Shown: piece after piece, positions 1-8,571 of the stretch
Position numbering within the stretch: the stretch's first letter is position 1
Layout: the number at the start of each line of letters is the position of its first letter
NCBI GenBank assembly: GCA_902522115.1
Contig: CABYUV010000006.1
Coordinates: 590-64,589, forward strand
DNA length: 64,000 bases
Reading direction: 5' to 3'
Origin: an uncultured Pelagibacteraceae bacterium
GTDB taxonomy: Bacteria > Pseudomonadota > Alphaproteobacteria > Pelagibacterales > Pelagibacteraceae
Program-made: the position numbers and the translations under genes
The notes under the pieces: model-generated
The model's input: the letters and a program-made list of their open reading frames with translations, nothing else
Told to the model about the DNA's origin: nothing
Databases searched by the model: none

Positions 1-16
1 TTTTTTCATATTTAAT

Positions 17-463
17 CTACTCTAATTCAGTTAACCATTTAGGCCAAGACCTTGAATTTAAGTCTCTATCAAGATTAAATTCATTGATTATCTTTCTTAA
101 TATTTCAGATTTTGAATATCCATCTTTATAAAGTTCTTTTGCTCTTTTGATTTTAGCATTTTTAAGTTTTTGAACTTCTGAACTAAATTGAATTAAATTA
201 GACTGATCTCCACCAGAATTTCCTAAGGCCCTTTTGTTACCTCGCATTGAGTTAGCTCTTTTTTCTTCAAGAATTTTTGTGAGTTTTTTTCTTTTCTTAA
301 GAGCTTCCTCGGCTAAAGATTTACTATTATAGATTTGTAATCCTCTGAATTCCATTGGGATATTGCTGTTTTTTGTTTGGGGTGTAGAAAATAAAATTTT
401 ATATTTTCCATTTAGATTTTTTTTATCAACAGGTCTGATTTTATTATGATTGCTCATCCTCAT
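17..463 (-). CDS. Hypothetical basic protein, possibly DNA-binding
   Basis: 148-aa Lys/Arg-rich ORF overlapping the upstream ORF; contains NSMRGNKRALG and a C-terminal AKELYKDGYSKSEI helix-turn-helix-like segment. Confidence 0.65.
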   Translation of the reverse strand: MRMSNHNKIRPVDKKNLNGKYKILFSTPQTKNSNIPMEFRGLQIYNSKSLAEEALKKRKKLTKILEEKRANSMRGNKRALGNSGGDQSNLIQFSSEVQKLKNAKIKRAKELYKDGYSKSEILRKIINEFNLDRDLNSRSWPKWLTELE

Positions 464-728
464 CCCCTCTAGCTTTTTTTAACATTTTTATTTCATTTTC
501 AATCATTTGAAATTTATGTCGATCACATAAATAACTAAAATACTTCAGTGTATTATATGGAAGAAAATAAAATTTTAAAATTAGGTTAAGAATAAACTTA
601 TCTTTATAAAATTCTTTTTTTGCCTGCATTTGAAGTTCTTTATGAGTTAATAGCCACCCAAGGTAATTTTTCCATTCATATCTGTTTTCTAATCTTTCTT
701 TAATTATTTCATCAAGATTATTTTTCAT
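444..728 (-). CDS. Hypothetical protein (94 aa)
   Basis: Within the 444..803 ORF. The ATG at 728 follows AGGAAGG and overlaps the end of the upstream nuclease gene, so it is the likelier start. Confidence 0.6.
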   Translation of the reverse strand: MKNNLDEIIKERLENRYEWKNYLGWLLTHKELQMQAKKEFYKDKFILNLILKFYFLPYNTLKYFSYLCDRHKFQMIENEIKMLKKARGDEDEQS

Positions 729-1497
729 TAGCCATCCTTCCTGCGGATACAAAATAATTACAAGTTTCACATGTTCCATTAGGTTCAGGTGGTTTATTGC
801 CATGAAGTATATCTAAATATTTTGTAAGAACTTTCATAAAGTTTTTAAGGTCATATTTTACTTCAGTAAATTTGAACGAAAAATCTATAGAAATATTATC
901 TGTATTTTTTAGCTCTTCAGGATAGATAAATACAAGACCTAATAAACTTGTTTTATTTATAGTAATTTTCTTTATCTTTTTTAAATTTTCCTCAACACTT
1001 TTTTTAATTGAATCGGGTTTTTTAGCTCTACTATGATCAGCTAAAAATTTTTCATCAGTTTCTAAATTTGAATACAATAGACTATAACCATGAAGTTGAG
1101 GTTCGTACTCGTTGATTTTTTTCTCTAGATCCTTACTAAAATCTTTGCCATTTTTTTCTTTAAACTTAGATGTCTTATAATCAATAATACCCGAGGTTCC
1201 ATCCTCGAATTTAATAATAGCATCCCCTTTTCCTTTAATTCTAAAAGGTCTATTTTTGTCGTCTTTTAAAACTTTAGAAAAAAATGAAATATTAAATGGA
1301 TCTATTGTTTCACCTTCTTTAATATTTTTATCAATTTTTTTTACATCTCCCAAAAAAAATTCTTTTTCCATACTGTCTAATGTTTGTGTCACTCCAGCAG
1401 AAATCATTTTGGGATAAAGATTGAAGTTTTTTCCTATGTAAGCACAATGATCGCACACATATGACAATTCACTAGGGCTAATGGTATAAATTTTCAT
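718..1497 (-). CDS. PD-(D/E)XK RecB/Cas4-like nuclease
   Basis: ISPSEL start, GKGDAII, IIDYKT and QLHGY motifs; cysteines at both ends (CDHC, CETC). Confidence 0.8.
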   Translation of the reverse strand: MKIYTISPSELSYVCDHCAYIGKNFNLYPKMISAGVTQTLDSMEKEFFLGDVKKIDKNIKEGETIDPFNISFFSKVLKDDKNRPFRIKGKGDAIIKFEDGTSGIIDYKTSKFKEKNGKDFSKDLEKKINEYEPQLHGYSLLYSNLETDEKFLADHSRAKKPDSIKKSVEENLKKIKKITINKTSLLGLVFIYPEELKNTDNISIDFSFKFTEVKYDLKNFMKVLTKYLDILHGNKPPEPNGTCETCNYFVSAGRMANEK

Positions 1498-1685
1498 TAG
1501 TTTAATCTCCCCTCATATTCATAAGAATATTTTTCATCTTCTAAGCATTTATTGTTTACTAAAATCTTAACAACTTGAGCTCTTGATAAGGTCACTCCTG
1601 GATGTAATGATAGTGCTAGTTCTTCAATTTTTTTGTAGCAGTCATGATCGATAGCTACAGATTTATACTTTGTTTTATCTGTCAT
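1497..1685 (-). CDS. Small ribbon-helix-helix-like DNA-binding protein
   Basis: 62 aa; KYKSVAI strand followed by two predicted helices (LSRAQVVKILV); 1-bp overlap with the next gene. Confidence 0.6.
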   Translation of the reverse strand: MTDKTKYKSVAIDHDCYKKIEELALSLHPGVTLSRAQVVKILVNNKCLEDEKYSYEYEGRLN

Positions 1686-1746
1686 TTTTATCTTTCCGAA
1701 CTAATAGTTCGAAAAAGATAAAATAATATAACCTGACTTTATTCAT
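1675..1746 (-). CDS. Putative 23-aa leader peptide MNKVRLYYFIFFELLVRKDKNDR
   Basis: Read by hand. GTGGGTG SD-like sequence precedes the ATG at 1746; the frame runs through the 1686-1723 hairpin and stops inside the first codons of the RHH gene. Confidence 0.45.
   Translation of the reverse strand: MNKVRLYYFIFFELLVRKDKNDR
1686..1723 (-). promoter_or_regulatory. Inverted repeat/hairpin covering the RBS of the RHH gene
   Basis: TTTTATCTTT-C-CGAACTA-A-TAGTTCG-AA-AAAGATAAAA; on the minus strand the 3' arm contains GGAAAG directly before the ATG. Confidence 0.7.
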
Positions 1747-1893
1747 ATTTCACCCACGTTGAACCTTAGTTCATTGGTTAATTTACAGGTAAAATTTTAT
1801 GATCGGGTCTGATGTCACCCCTAACTTCTCAAGAGAACACTTGCGCTCAGATATAAATCCCAGTTCTCCCGCTAGGTAGTGAAGATATCTAAC

Positions 1894-1963
1894 CAGTCTG
1901 AGGGCTGCAAATACACATTTTATAAAGTCAGTAAATTTTATGTGTATATGTAGCCCTCGATTG
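1894..1963. ncRNA. Long stem-loop of a putative structured regulatory RNA
   Basis: CAGTC-T-GAGGGCT-GCA-A-ATACACAT pairs with ATGTGTAT-A-TGT-AGCCCTC-GATTG (~23 bp); the loop is complementary to 1733-1742. Confidence 0.6.
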
Positions 1964-1985
1964 AATCAAAAATTCACCTATTACG

Positions 1986-2014
1986 AATGTAGTGATTTTT
2001 ACAAGCCTTTTCAA
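1986..2014 (-). promoter_or_regulatory. Putative sigma70 promoter of the leftward island operon
   Basis: Minus strand TTGAAA-17 bp-TACATT. Confidence 0.5.
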
Positions 2015-2123
2015 TCAAAAAAAAATATTTTTAGGGTTGTGCTCAATCCTATACATTCCTATTTTTTTCAGGGCTCTGCTCTAGCTATTTTTTGAAGATT
2101 AATAATGCTAACATAATGAAAAA

Positions 2124-5100
2124 ATGAAAAATCAAAATACAGATACAACTTTTTTTACTAATGAAAAAGAAAGTTCATTATTAGATAGATTTAAAAAAAC
2201 ATTGCAGCATGTTGATAATTTTGATGTTTTGGTAGGGTACTTTAGAACTAGTGGTTTTTATCTTTTATACAAAGAATTAGAAAAAGTTAAAAAGATAAGA
2301 ATATTGAATGGAATAGATGTTGATAAAAAAACATTTGATGCATATCAAGAGTCGCAAAAGACTTTTGACTTTGATAGCTCTTTAAAATTGAGGGAAAGAT
2401 TGTCCGATAACTTCCAAAATGAGGTTATCGATGCAGATGATAATGAGGATACTTATGTTGGTTATCAAAAATTTATTGAATTTTTAAAGAATGGAAAAAT
2501 AGAATTTAGACAACATCCAAGTCATAAATTACATGCAAAAGTTTATATTAGTAGGTTCGGAAAACCTATATCAGATGTTGATTATGGGCGTGTAATAACT
2601 GGATCAAGTAATTTTTCTCATAGTGGTTTACAAGCCAACTATGAGTTTAATGTTGAACTAAAAAATAGAACTGACATTGATTTTGCGCTCAATCAGTTCG
2701 AAAAGTTATGGGATCAAAGTGAAGATATTAAATATTTATTTATAGAAACTTTAGAAAATAAAACATGGTTAAATGATAAAATTACACCTTACGAATTATA
2801 TTTAAAAACCTTATTCGAATATTTTTATGAAGATATAAACATAGATAAAGAAACTGATTTCAGTTTTCCTGATGATTTTATGGATCTTGAATATCAAAAA
2901 CAAGCTGTAGTATCTGCAAGTAAAATTTTAGATGCCTATAATGGTGTGTTTCTTGCTGATGTTGTTGGTCTTGGAAAAACATATATTGCTGCTTTATTAG
3001 CTCAACAACCAAATTTAAAACCTGCAAGAAAATTATTTATAGTGCCACCTGTTCTTGTCGATTATTGGAGAGAAACATTAAGTGATTTTGGTGTGAACAG
3101 ATTCAAAGTTGAGTCAGCTGGACAAATTAAAAATATAAAAAATTGGGATAAACTTGAAGAAGTTGAATATGTTTTTTTAGATGAGGCTCACAGATTTAGA
3201 AATGAGGATACAGAGACATGGAAAGAACTTTATGAAAATATTTGTTTTGGAAAAAAAGTCATTTTAATTACTGCTACAGCAATTAATAATAAATATGCAG
3301 ATCTTTTAAGTCAGATTAAATTATTTCAGCGACCTAACAGATCAAATATTCCAACTGTAAGGAATCTTCAAAATTTTTTTAAATCATTGGAAAACAAAGC
3401 AAAAAAAGCAAAAGAACAAGGAACAAAAGAATACATAAACGAAATTAGAGAAGGTTCCAAATTGATAAGAGAAAGAGTTTTAAAGCATGTGATGGTTAGA
3501 AGAACAAGAAAAGAAGTAAAAGAATTTTTTAGTGCTGACTTAGACAGGCAGAATTTAAAGTTCCCAGAAATAGATACTCCCAACGCAATAGCTTATGAAT
3601 TTGATGAAAAAATAGAATTAATTTTTAATGAAACAATTGATATTCTAAAAAATAAATTTATCAAAGCTAGATACACTCCTTATCATTATTTAAAAAATTT
3701 ACCCTCTGAGTTTGAACTTACTAGACAAGAAAATCTAGGTGCTTTTATGAAAACTATGATAATTAAAAGATTAGAAAGTAGTTTTCATGCTTTTAAAAAA
3801 ACTATTAATAGATTTGTTCAATCTCATGAAAGATATTTGCAAATGATAAATTCTGGAAAAATATATGTAAGTAAAAAAAATATTTTCGACTTACTTGATG
3901 AAGATAACGACGAAAAAATAAATACAATGATAGAAGAAGATATTATTAAAGAATTTGAGACAAATGATTTTAATCCAAAATTTAAGGAAGATGTTGAAAA
4001 TGATCTAGAATGTCTACTTGCAATCCAAAATTTATGGAAGGATGTTAATCATGATCCAAAACTTAAAAAATTAATATCTATATTTAAAAAAGATGAAAAT
4101 CTTAAAAATAACAAGATAGTTATGTTTACAGAGTCTACAGAAACGGGAATGTATTTATTAAAAGAGTTGAGTAAGGAATTTCCAAATGAAGTTTTATTTT
4201 ATTCTAGTGAGGGTGGTAGAAAAATAAATAAAGATAAACTATCTAACTTGAGCCAAAAAGATGGGCGAAATGAAATTAGAGAAAATTTTGATCCAAATAT
4301 AAAAAATAAACAAAAAAATAATATAAGAATACTTATTTCAACTGATGTTCTTTCTGAGGGAATAAACTTACATAGGTCTAATATTAATTTGAATTATGAT
4401 TTGCCGTGGAATCCCACAAAAGTAATTCAAAGAATCGGGAGGGTAAATCGTGTAGGTTCACAGCATAAAAATATTCATGTTTATAATTTTTTTCCATCAG
4501 AAAAATCTGATGATGAAATAAAACAAAAAAAAAATATAATTAGTAAAATACAAGCTTTTCATGATTGTCTAGGAAGTGATGCTAAAATTTTAACTGAAAC
4601 AGAAGAGGTTCAAACTTTCAATTTATTTGGTTCTGATTTATATGAAAATCTCAATAAAAAAGAATTTTATGATGAGGATGAAGATGTCTCTAATTCAGAG
4701 TTAAAATTTTTAAAGATAATAAGAGATATAAGAGACAATAATAAAGATTTATATCAAAAAATCAGACTAATGCCAAAAAAATCGAGATCAGGTAAAAAAT
4801 TTGAAATGAAGGATAACTCACTAATTTCTTTTTTTCGAAAGGGTAAATTGAAAAAATTTTTAATTTCAGACAAAAATAATAAACCTCAAGAATTGACATT
4901 TTTAGAAGCAATTAAATTTTTGGAGTCTAGTGAAAAAGACAAAAGAGAAAAGCTTGATAAAGAATTCTTCACGATGTTAAAAAATAACAAAGATTATTTT
5001 GATGAAGTTATTTATAATGTTGAAACAGAAGTAACCCAAAGAAGAGGTAAATCTATTGAAAGAATATTAATTGAAACCTTGAAATCCTTAAAAAATGAAA

Positions 5101-5378
5101 AAAGTTTTAAAGATGAAGAGCACCAGCTTAGAGCTAAATTATTACGAGTATTTGAAGATGGAGTAGTAGCAAGGATGAGAGCAAAAGAAATCAATAAAGA
5201 ATTAGAAAAAGAACAAAAAAATTCAAAAAAATTAATTGATGCTTTGAAAATTTTGAACATATTTAGAAAACATATTTCTGAGAAGTTTTTAGATGAAAGT
5301 ATCAAAGAAAAAATAATTTATGGCGGAAAAAGAGAAATCATAATATCAGAATACCTAATTTCTAAAAATAATGGATAA
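2124..5378 (+). CDS. PLD (HKD) nuclease - SNF2-type helicase fusion
   Basis: LHAKVY...ITGSSNFS (PLD); LADVVGLGKT, LDEAH, TATA, SEGINL and QRIGRVNRVG helicase motifs. Confidence 0.9.
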   Translation: MKNQNTDTTFFTNEKESSLLDRFKKTLQHVDNFDVLVGYFRTSGFYLLYKELEKVKKIRILNGIDVDKKTFDAYQESQKTFDFDSSLKLRERLSDNFQNEVIDADDNEDTYVGYQKFIEFLKNGKIEFRQHPSHKLHAKVYISRFGKPISDVDYGRVITGSSNFSHSGLQANYEFNVELKNRTDIDFALNQFEKLWDQSEDIKYLFIETLENKTWLNDKITPYELYLKTLFEYFYEDINIDKETDFSFPDDFMDLEYQKQAVVSASKILDAYNGVFLADVVGLGKTYIAALLAQQPNLKPARKLFIVPPVLVDYWRETLSDFGVNRFKVESAGQIKNIKNWDKLEEVEYVFLDEAHRFRNEDTETWKELYENICFGKKVILITATAINNKYADLLSQIKLFQRPNRSNIPTVRNLQNFFKSLENKAKKAKEQGTKEYINEIREGSKLIRERVLKHVMVRRTRKEVKEFFSADLDRQNLKFPEIDTPNAIAYEFDEKIELIFNETIDILKNKFIKARYTPYHYLKNLPSEFELTRQENLGAFMKTMIIKRLESSFHAFKKTINRFVQSHERYLQMINSGKIYVSKKNIFDLLDEDNDEKINTMIEEDIIKEFETNDFNPKFKEDVENDLECLLAIQNLWKDVNHDPKLKKLISIFKKDENLKNNKIVMFTESTETGMYLLKELSKEFPNEVLFYSSEGGRKINKDKLSNLSQKDGRNEIRENFDPNIKNKQKNNIRILISTDVLSEGINLHRSNINLNYDLPWNPTKVIQRIGRVNRVGSQHKNIHVYNFFPSEKSDDEIKQKKNIISKIQAFHDCLGSDAKILTETEEVQTFNLFGSDLYENLNKKEFYDEDEDVSNSELKFLKIIRDIRDNNKDLYQKIRLMPKKSRSGKKFEMKDNSLISFFRKGKLKKFLISDKNNKPQELTFLEAIKFLESSEKDKREKLDKEFFTMLKNNKDYFDEVIYNVETEVTQRRGKSIERILIETLKSLKNEKSFKDEEHQLRAKLLRVFEDGVVARMRAKEINKELEKEQKNSKKLIDALKILNIFRKHISEKFLDESIKEKIIYGGKREIIISEYLISKNNG

Positions 5379-8300
5379 AACCGCAGCAGCAAACCTAGTT
5401 AAGGAAACATTTGATTATCCATTTGATGAAAATAAATTTTCAAATTTTTCCTCAAAATTATTAAAAAGCTTAGATAGATCATTGGAGTCTTCTTGGCAAA
5501 GTAATAATAATCTTCCTGAAAGTTTAAAAGAATACATAAATGAATATAAAATTTTAGGTAATCAAAGAAATTCAAATGGTGAAGATTTAATTGTAGTAAC
5601 TGCAAGACTATCCTCAGAAAACGCTGTAGAAAAATCTAGACATATTCAAAGAAATTTTGCAACTCACATAATTGAAAATAAAGGTGCTGATGCCTGCTTA
5701 ATATCTTTTTTTGCAGAAAATTATGAAGATTGGAGATTTTCAATAGTTAAAATTGATTATAGAAGAGAAGTATCGGAAAAAGGTAAAACTAAGATTAAAA
5801 AAGATATTACTAGTGTAAAAAGGTTTTCTTATTTAGTAGGAAGAAATGAACCAAATCATACAGCACAATCCCAATTATCTCCTTTAATAATTAGTGAAAA
5901 AAAACCAAGTATTGATGATTTAGTTGAGGCTTTTTCAGTTGATAAAATAAACGATAGTTTTTTTAATTCCTACAGAGATCTTTGTTTTGAAGTTTCAAAT
6001 GAATTAAATAATTTAATCAAAAAAGATGATAAAATTAAAAATATTTTTTCTAATAATAATTTAACTTCGATAAATTTTTCAAAGAAGCTTATGGGACAAA
6101 TCGTTTTTATCTACTTTTTACAAAAAAAAGGTTTGATGGGAATTGAGAAAGATTTAAATGGAAATTATAAAAGATGGGGCACAGGTTCAAAAAATTTTCT
6201 AAGACAGTTATACAATAAAAAATATTGTAATTATGATAATTTTTTTAATGATGTCTTAGAACCATTATTTTATATTGCTTTAAATTCTGAAAATGAATTT
6301 GATCCAAAGCTAAATTGTAAAGTTCCATTTCTTAATGGAGGATTATTTGAACCAATCAACGATTATAATTGGGAAGAAAGTGATATAAAGATAAATAATG
6401 ATATATTAAAAAAGATACTAGACGTTTTCGATCAGTACAATTTCACAGTGAATGAAGAAGATCCTATCGAAAAAGAAGTTGCTATAAATCCAGAAATGCT
6501 TGGTCACATTTTTGAGAGTTTAATTGAAGAAAATTTAAGGAGATCTAAAGGAACTTTTTATACACCGAGTCATATCGTGGAGCATATGTCCAAAAATACA
6601 ATTTTTTATTTTTTAAAGAACAAGATAAAATCCACAGAACGATTTAGCAAAGAATTAAATTTTTTTATTAATAACTATGACAAGTCTGTCTTTAACTCGA
6701 AAATTTCTAAAATTATTTTAGAAAAAAAAAAAGAAATAGTAAAAAATTTAAAGGAAATCACTATTCTTGATCCTTCAGTTGGATCTGGAGCATTTTTGGT
6801 AAGTATGCTTCAAATTATAACAAATATACTTTTAGTTTTAGATGAAAATATTAATCAAAACTCAAAGTATAAATATAAAAGACAATTGATACAAAATAAT
6901 TTGTTTGGGGTTGATATAGATGAGTCTTCCATTGAAATAGCAAAGCTGAGACTTTGGTTATCATTAACTATAGATGTTCATGAAACTGAAATAATTGAAC
7001 CATTACCAAACCTTGATTACAATATAGTTGTTGGTGACTCACTGGCAGAAATTGATCATAATTTTGAAAACTTCGTTGAAACGGATGAACTGTTAAACTT
7101 AAAAAAAAAATATAAGAATATTTCTAGTTTAAAAAAAAAGAGAGAACAAAAAATTATTATTTCCCATTTAGAAGAAAAGTTATTCAGCAAAAATTCATTT
7201 GACATTAAACTTAAATTCCAAGATATTTTTTCACCTAAGGTTGGAGGGTTTGACATAATTGTAGGAAATCCTCCATATGACGTTTATCATCAAGAAAAAA
7301 AATCACAAATAAAATTCTTTAGAAACTCAAAAACATACACTACTGCATTAGGTGGTAAATTAAATGCATATAAACTTTTTCTAGCTAAATCAGTTACATT
7401 ATTAAAACCTAATGGAATTTTAACAAAAATATTTCAAAATTCCTTTACAGCAGATAAAACTGCAAAAGATTTAAGAAAATTTTTTATTGAAAATGCTGAA
7501 ATTATTCAAATCGAATCTTTCCCAGAAAGAGACAATCCAAATAAAAGAGTTTTTAAATCTGCAAAAATGAGTGTTTGTATTATGTCAATTTGTAATAAAC
7601 AAATATTAGAAAATCATTATTTTAAGATTAATACTCATGTAGATAAATCATTAAAAAATTATAAAGAATTAAATTTTTTGCAAAAAGATGCATATAAAGT
7701 TGATCAAGAATTTTTCATTTTTCCAACTGGTGTCACTGAAGCTGAATTAAAACTTTTTTTAAAAATTAAAGCAAAAAAATTTAAAACTATATATCCCTAT
7801 TATGGAAAATCATTTGACGGTGAGGTAAGTTTAACCTTTGATAAAAATTTATTATCTCCAATTCGGAAGGAGGGATATTTTCCTCTTCATAAAGGAGCTG
7901 CTATTCAGAAGTGGTATATTACTGATAAAATGAGTCAGGGAATAAATGAATATTTAAATTTTGACAAATTTAAAAAAAAACATAGTGGAGAAAAGTCAAA
8001 ACACTATAAGGATGAAAGAGTAGTTCTTCAAGGAATGTCAGGTGTAAATGACACTATTCGAATAAGAGCTACAATATGTCCAAAAAATAATTTTTTAGGA
8101 AATTCTGTTAATTATCTCATAGTAGATAATGACAAAATAAAAAATTATATCTTGTTATGTTTGCTCAATTCTAAAATAATAAATTGGTTTTTCAAATTTT
8201 CGAGCACTAATAGTAATGTAAATGGCTATGAAATAAATAAATTTCCAATACCAACAATTGATAAAAAAAATGAAGTTAAAATTAAAGAGCATTATGATAA

Positions 8301-8454
8301 ACTTAAACTTATTAATTTTAATTCAATATTAAATGCAGATCAAAAGCAAAATATCGAGAGTATAGAGTCTAAATTAAACTTAATATTTTATAAATTATTT
8401 GAGCTATCTCCTGAAGACATAAGTCTAGTTGAAAATAAATATTTAAAAAATTGA
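5371..8454 (+). CDS. Eco57I/type IIG-like N6-adenine DNA methyltransferase with C-terminal TRD
   Basis: GTFYTP, LDPSVGSGAF, GVDID, VGDSL and IVGNPPY motifs; TaqI_C-like tail (LLNSK...FPIP); 8-bp overlap with the helicase gene. Confidence 0.9.
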   Translation: MDKTAAANLVKETFDYPFDENKFSNFSSKLLKSLDRSLESSWQSNNNLPESLKEYINEYKILGNQRNSNGEDLIVVTARLSSENAVEKSRHIQRNFATHIIENKGADACLISFFAENYEDWRFSIVKIDYRREVSEKGKTKIKKDITSVKRFSYLVGRNEPNHTAQSQLSPLIISEKKPSIDDLVEAFSVDKINDSFFNSYRDLCFEVSNELNNLIKKDDKIKNIFSNNNLTSINFSKKLMGQIVFIYFLQKKGLMGIEKDLNGNYKRWGTGSKNFLRQLYNKKYCNYDNFFNDVLEPLFYIALNSENEFDPKLNCKVPFLNGGLFEPINDYNWEESDIKINNDILKKILDVFDQYNFTVNEEDPIEKEVAINPEMLGHIFESLIEENLRRSKGTFYTPSHIVEHMSKNTIFYFLKNKIKSTERFSKELNFFINNYDKSVFNSKISKIILEKKKEIVKNLKEITILDPSVGSGAFLVSMLQIITNILLVLDENINQNSKYKYKRQLIQNNLFGVDIDESSIEIAKLRLWLSLTIDVHETEIIEPLPNLDYNIVVGDSLAEIDHNFENFVETDELLNLKKKYKNISSLKKKREQKIIISHLEEKLFSKNSFDIKLKFQDIFSPKVGGFDIIVGNPPYDVYHQEKKSQIKFFRNSKTYTTALGGKLNAYKLFLAKSVTLLKPNGILTKIFQNSFTADKTAKDLRKFFIENAEIIQIESFPERDNPNKRVFKSAKMSVCIMSICNKQILENHYFKINTHVDKSLKNYKELNFLQKDAYKVDQEFFIFPTGVTEAELKLFLKIKAKKFKTIYPYYGKSFDGEVSLTFDKNLLSPIRKEGYFPLHKGAAIQKWYITDKMSQGINEYLNFDKFKKKHSGEKSKHYKDERVVLQGMSGVNDTIRIRATICPKNNFLGNSVNYLIVDNDKIKNYILLCLLNSKIINWFFKFSSTNSNVNGYEINKFPIPTIDKKNEVKIKEHYDKLKLINFNSILNADQKQNIESIESKLNLIFYKLFELSPEDISLVENKYLKN

Positions 8455-8481
8455 AATTTAAAAGTATTTTACTTTACGTTC

Positions 8482-8501
8482 GTTGGTAAATTGTTGGTAA
8501 A
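8482..8501. repeat. Tandem GTTGGTAAA direct repeat (11-bp period), putative integrase arm-type sites
   Basis: Copies at 8482-8490 and 8493-8501, close to the tRNA junction. Confidence 0.6.
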
Positions 8502-8571
8502 CTTTTATAGAAAGAAAATACCTTTGATTTAGGTTGATTTTAAATACTAATTTAAAATATTTTTTTAGGCC

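Noticed and set aside
1760-1773. LexA box (GAAC-N4-GTTC)
   Set aside because: This is the Gram-positive box; alphaproteobacterial LexA uses GTTC-N7-GTTC direct repeats, which I did not see here.
1686-2123. CRISPR array or retron msr-msd near the Cas4-like gene
   Set aside because: No regularly spaced direct repeats; no reverse transcriptase or cas1/cas2 in the window.
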